NCBI RefSeq assembly: GCF_003428155.1
Contig: NZ_QLIR01000011.1
Location: forward strand, 1-32,000
From: Fastidiosibacter lacustris
Lineage (GTDB): Bacteria; Pseudomonadota; Gammaproteobacteria; Francisellales; Francisellaceae
Length of the DNA: 32,000 bases
Direction: 5' to 3'
How positions within the stretch are numbered: the stretch's first letter is position 1; the number at the start of each line of letters is the position of its first letter. Positions 31,481-32,000 of this stretch are shown piece by piece. The notes beneath the pieces are model-generated. The model made no database searches, was not told the DNA's origin, and saw nothing but the letters and a program-made list of their open reading frames with translations. The translations under genes were made by a program, and so were the position numbers.

Positions 31481-32000
31481 ATTTTATTAGTACACGAAAT
31501 AAAAACACCTTTGTCACTTTATCTGAAGCATTACAAAATGGTTTAGCATGTGATGGTGGTTTGTATGTGCCAGAGGCTTTTCCAACTTTTGATTGGCAAT
31601 CTTTAACAACAGATCTTCCTTATGCTAAATTTGCAGTTAAATTACTCGAACCTTTTTTTGCAGATGATCCGTTAAAGGATAAACTTGATCAAATCTGTAA
31701 AGAGAGTTTTAACTTTGATTTACCCTGTCTAAGACTAGATCAATATAATGCAATGTTAGAGTTGTTTCACGGACCAACACTTTCATTTAAAGATTTTGGT
31801 GCGCGATTTTTGTCAAATTGTTTAATACATATTGAAACAGACAAAAGCTTTACCATTATGGTTGCAACTTCAGGCGACACAGGATCAGCTGTTGCTTCGG
31901 CATTTTATCAAAAACCAAAGATAAAAGTGATAGTACTTTTTCCAAAAGGTAAAATATCGCTTCGTCAACAACAACAGATTACTTGTTGGCAGGATAATGT
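31477..32000 (+). CDS. thrC: Threonine synthase, partial (runs off right edge)
   Basis: Own translation: MNFISTRNKNTFVTLSEALQNGLACDGGLYVPEAFP...LELFHGPTLSFKDFGARFLSNCL...MVATSGDTGSAVASAF; the PLP lysine motif SFKDFG is present. Confidence 0.96.
   Translation, partial: MNFISTRNKNTFVTLSEALQNGLACDGGLYVPEAFPTFDWQSLTTDLPYAKFAVKLLEPFFADDPLKDKLDQICKESFNFDLPCLRLDQYNAMLELFHGPTLSFKDFGARFLSNCLIHIETDKSFTIMVATSGDTGSAVASAFYQKPKIKVIVLFPKGKISLRQQQQITCWQDN

Overview
This is a low-GC bacterial chromosomal window, probably gammaproteobacterial, with mostly housekeeping genes. Features run: partial YD/RHS-like exported ORF at the left edge, tRNA-Arg(CCT), glnS, pckA, BaiN-like flavoprotein, APC permease, rsfS, UvrD-like helicase, low-MW PTP, engB/yihA, ribose-type ABC transporter rbsA-rbsC-rbsB, eno, ftsB, ispD, dihydroorotase, OmpA-family protein, Xaa-Pro aminopeptidase, an RND efflux pair with dsbB, GNAT, thrB and partial thrC. 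The most interesting segment is about 27.7-29.7 kb on the minus strand. It is a compact bufferin/MNIO-type RiPP operon: a Sec-signal-bearing small Cys-rich precursor with C-X4-C-X4-C and C-X4-C modules, a DUF692/MNIO enzyme, and a DUF2063 partner. It lacks a neighbouring DoxX gene and has a G/C-rich dyad at its putative promoter. Secondary observations are a ~100-aa charged C-terminal extension on enolase, a ribose transporter embedded behind engB with no kinase or regulator, a lipoprotein-type RbsB, a TetR-like operator candidate upstream of dsbB-RND, a possible polymorphic-toxin N-terminus at the left edge, and an ORF remnant beside the tRNA. No CRISPR array, transposase or rRNA was recognised.
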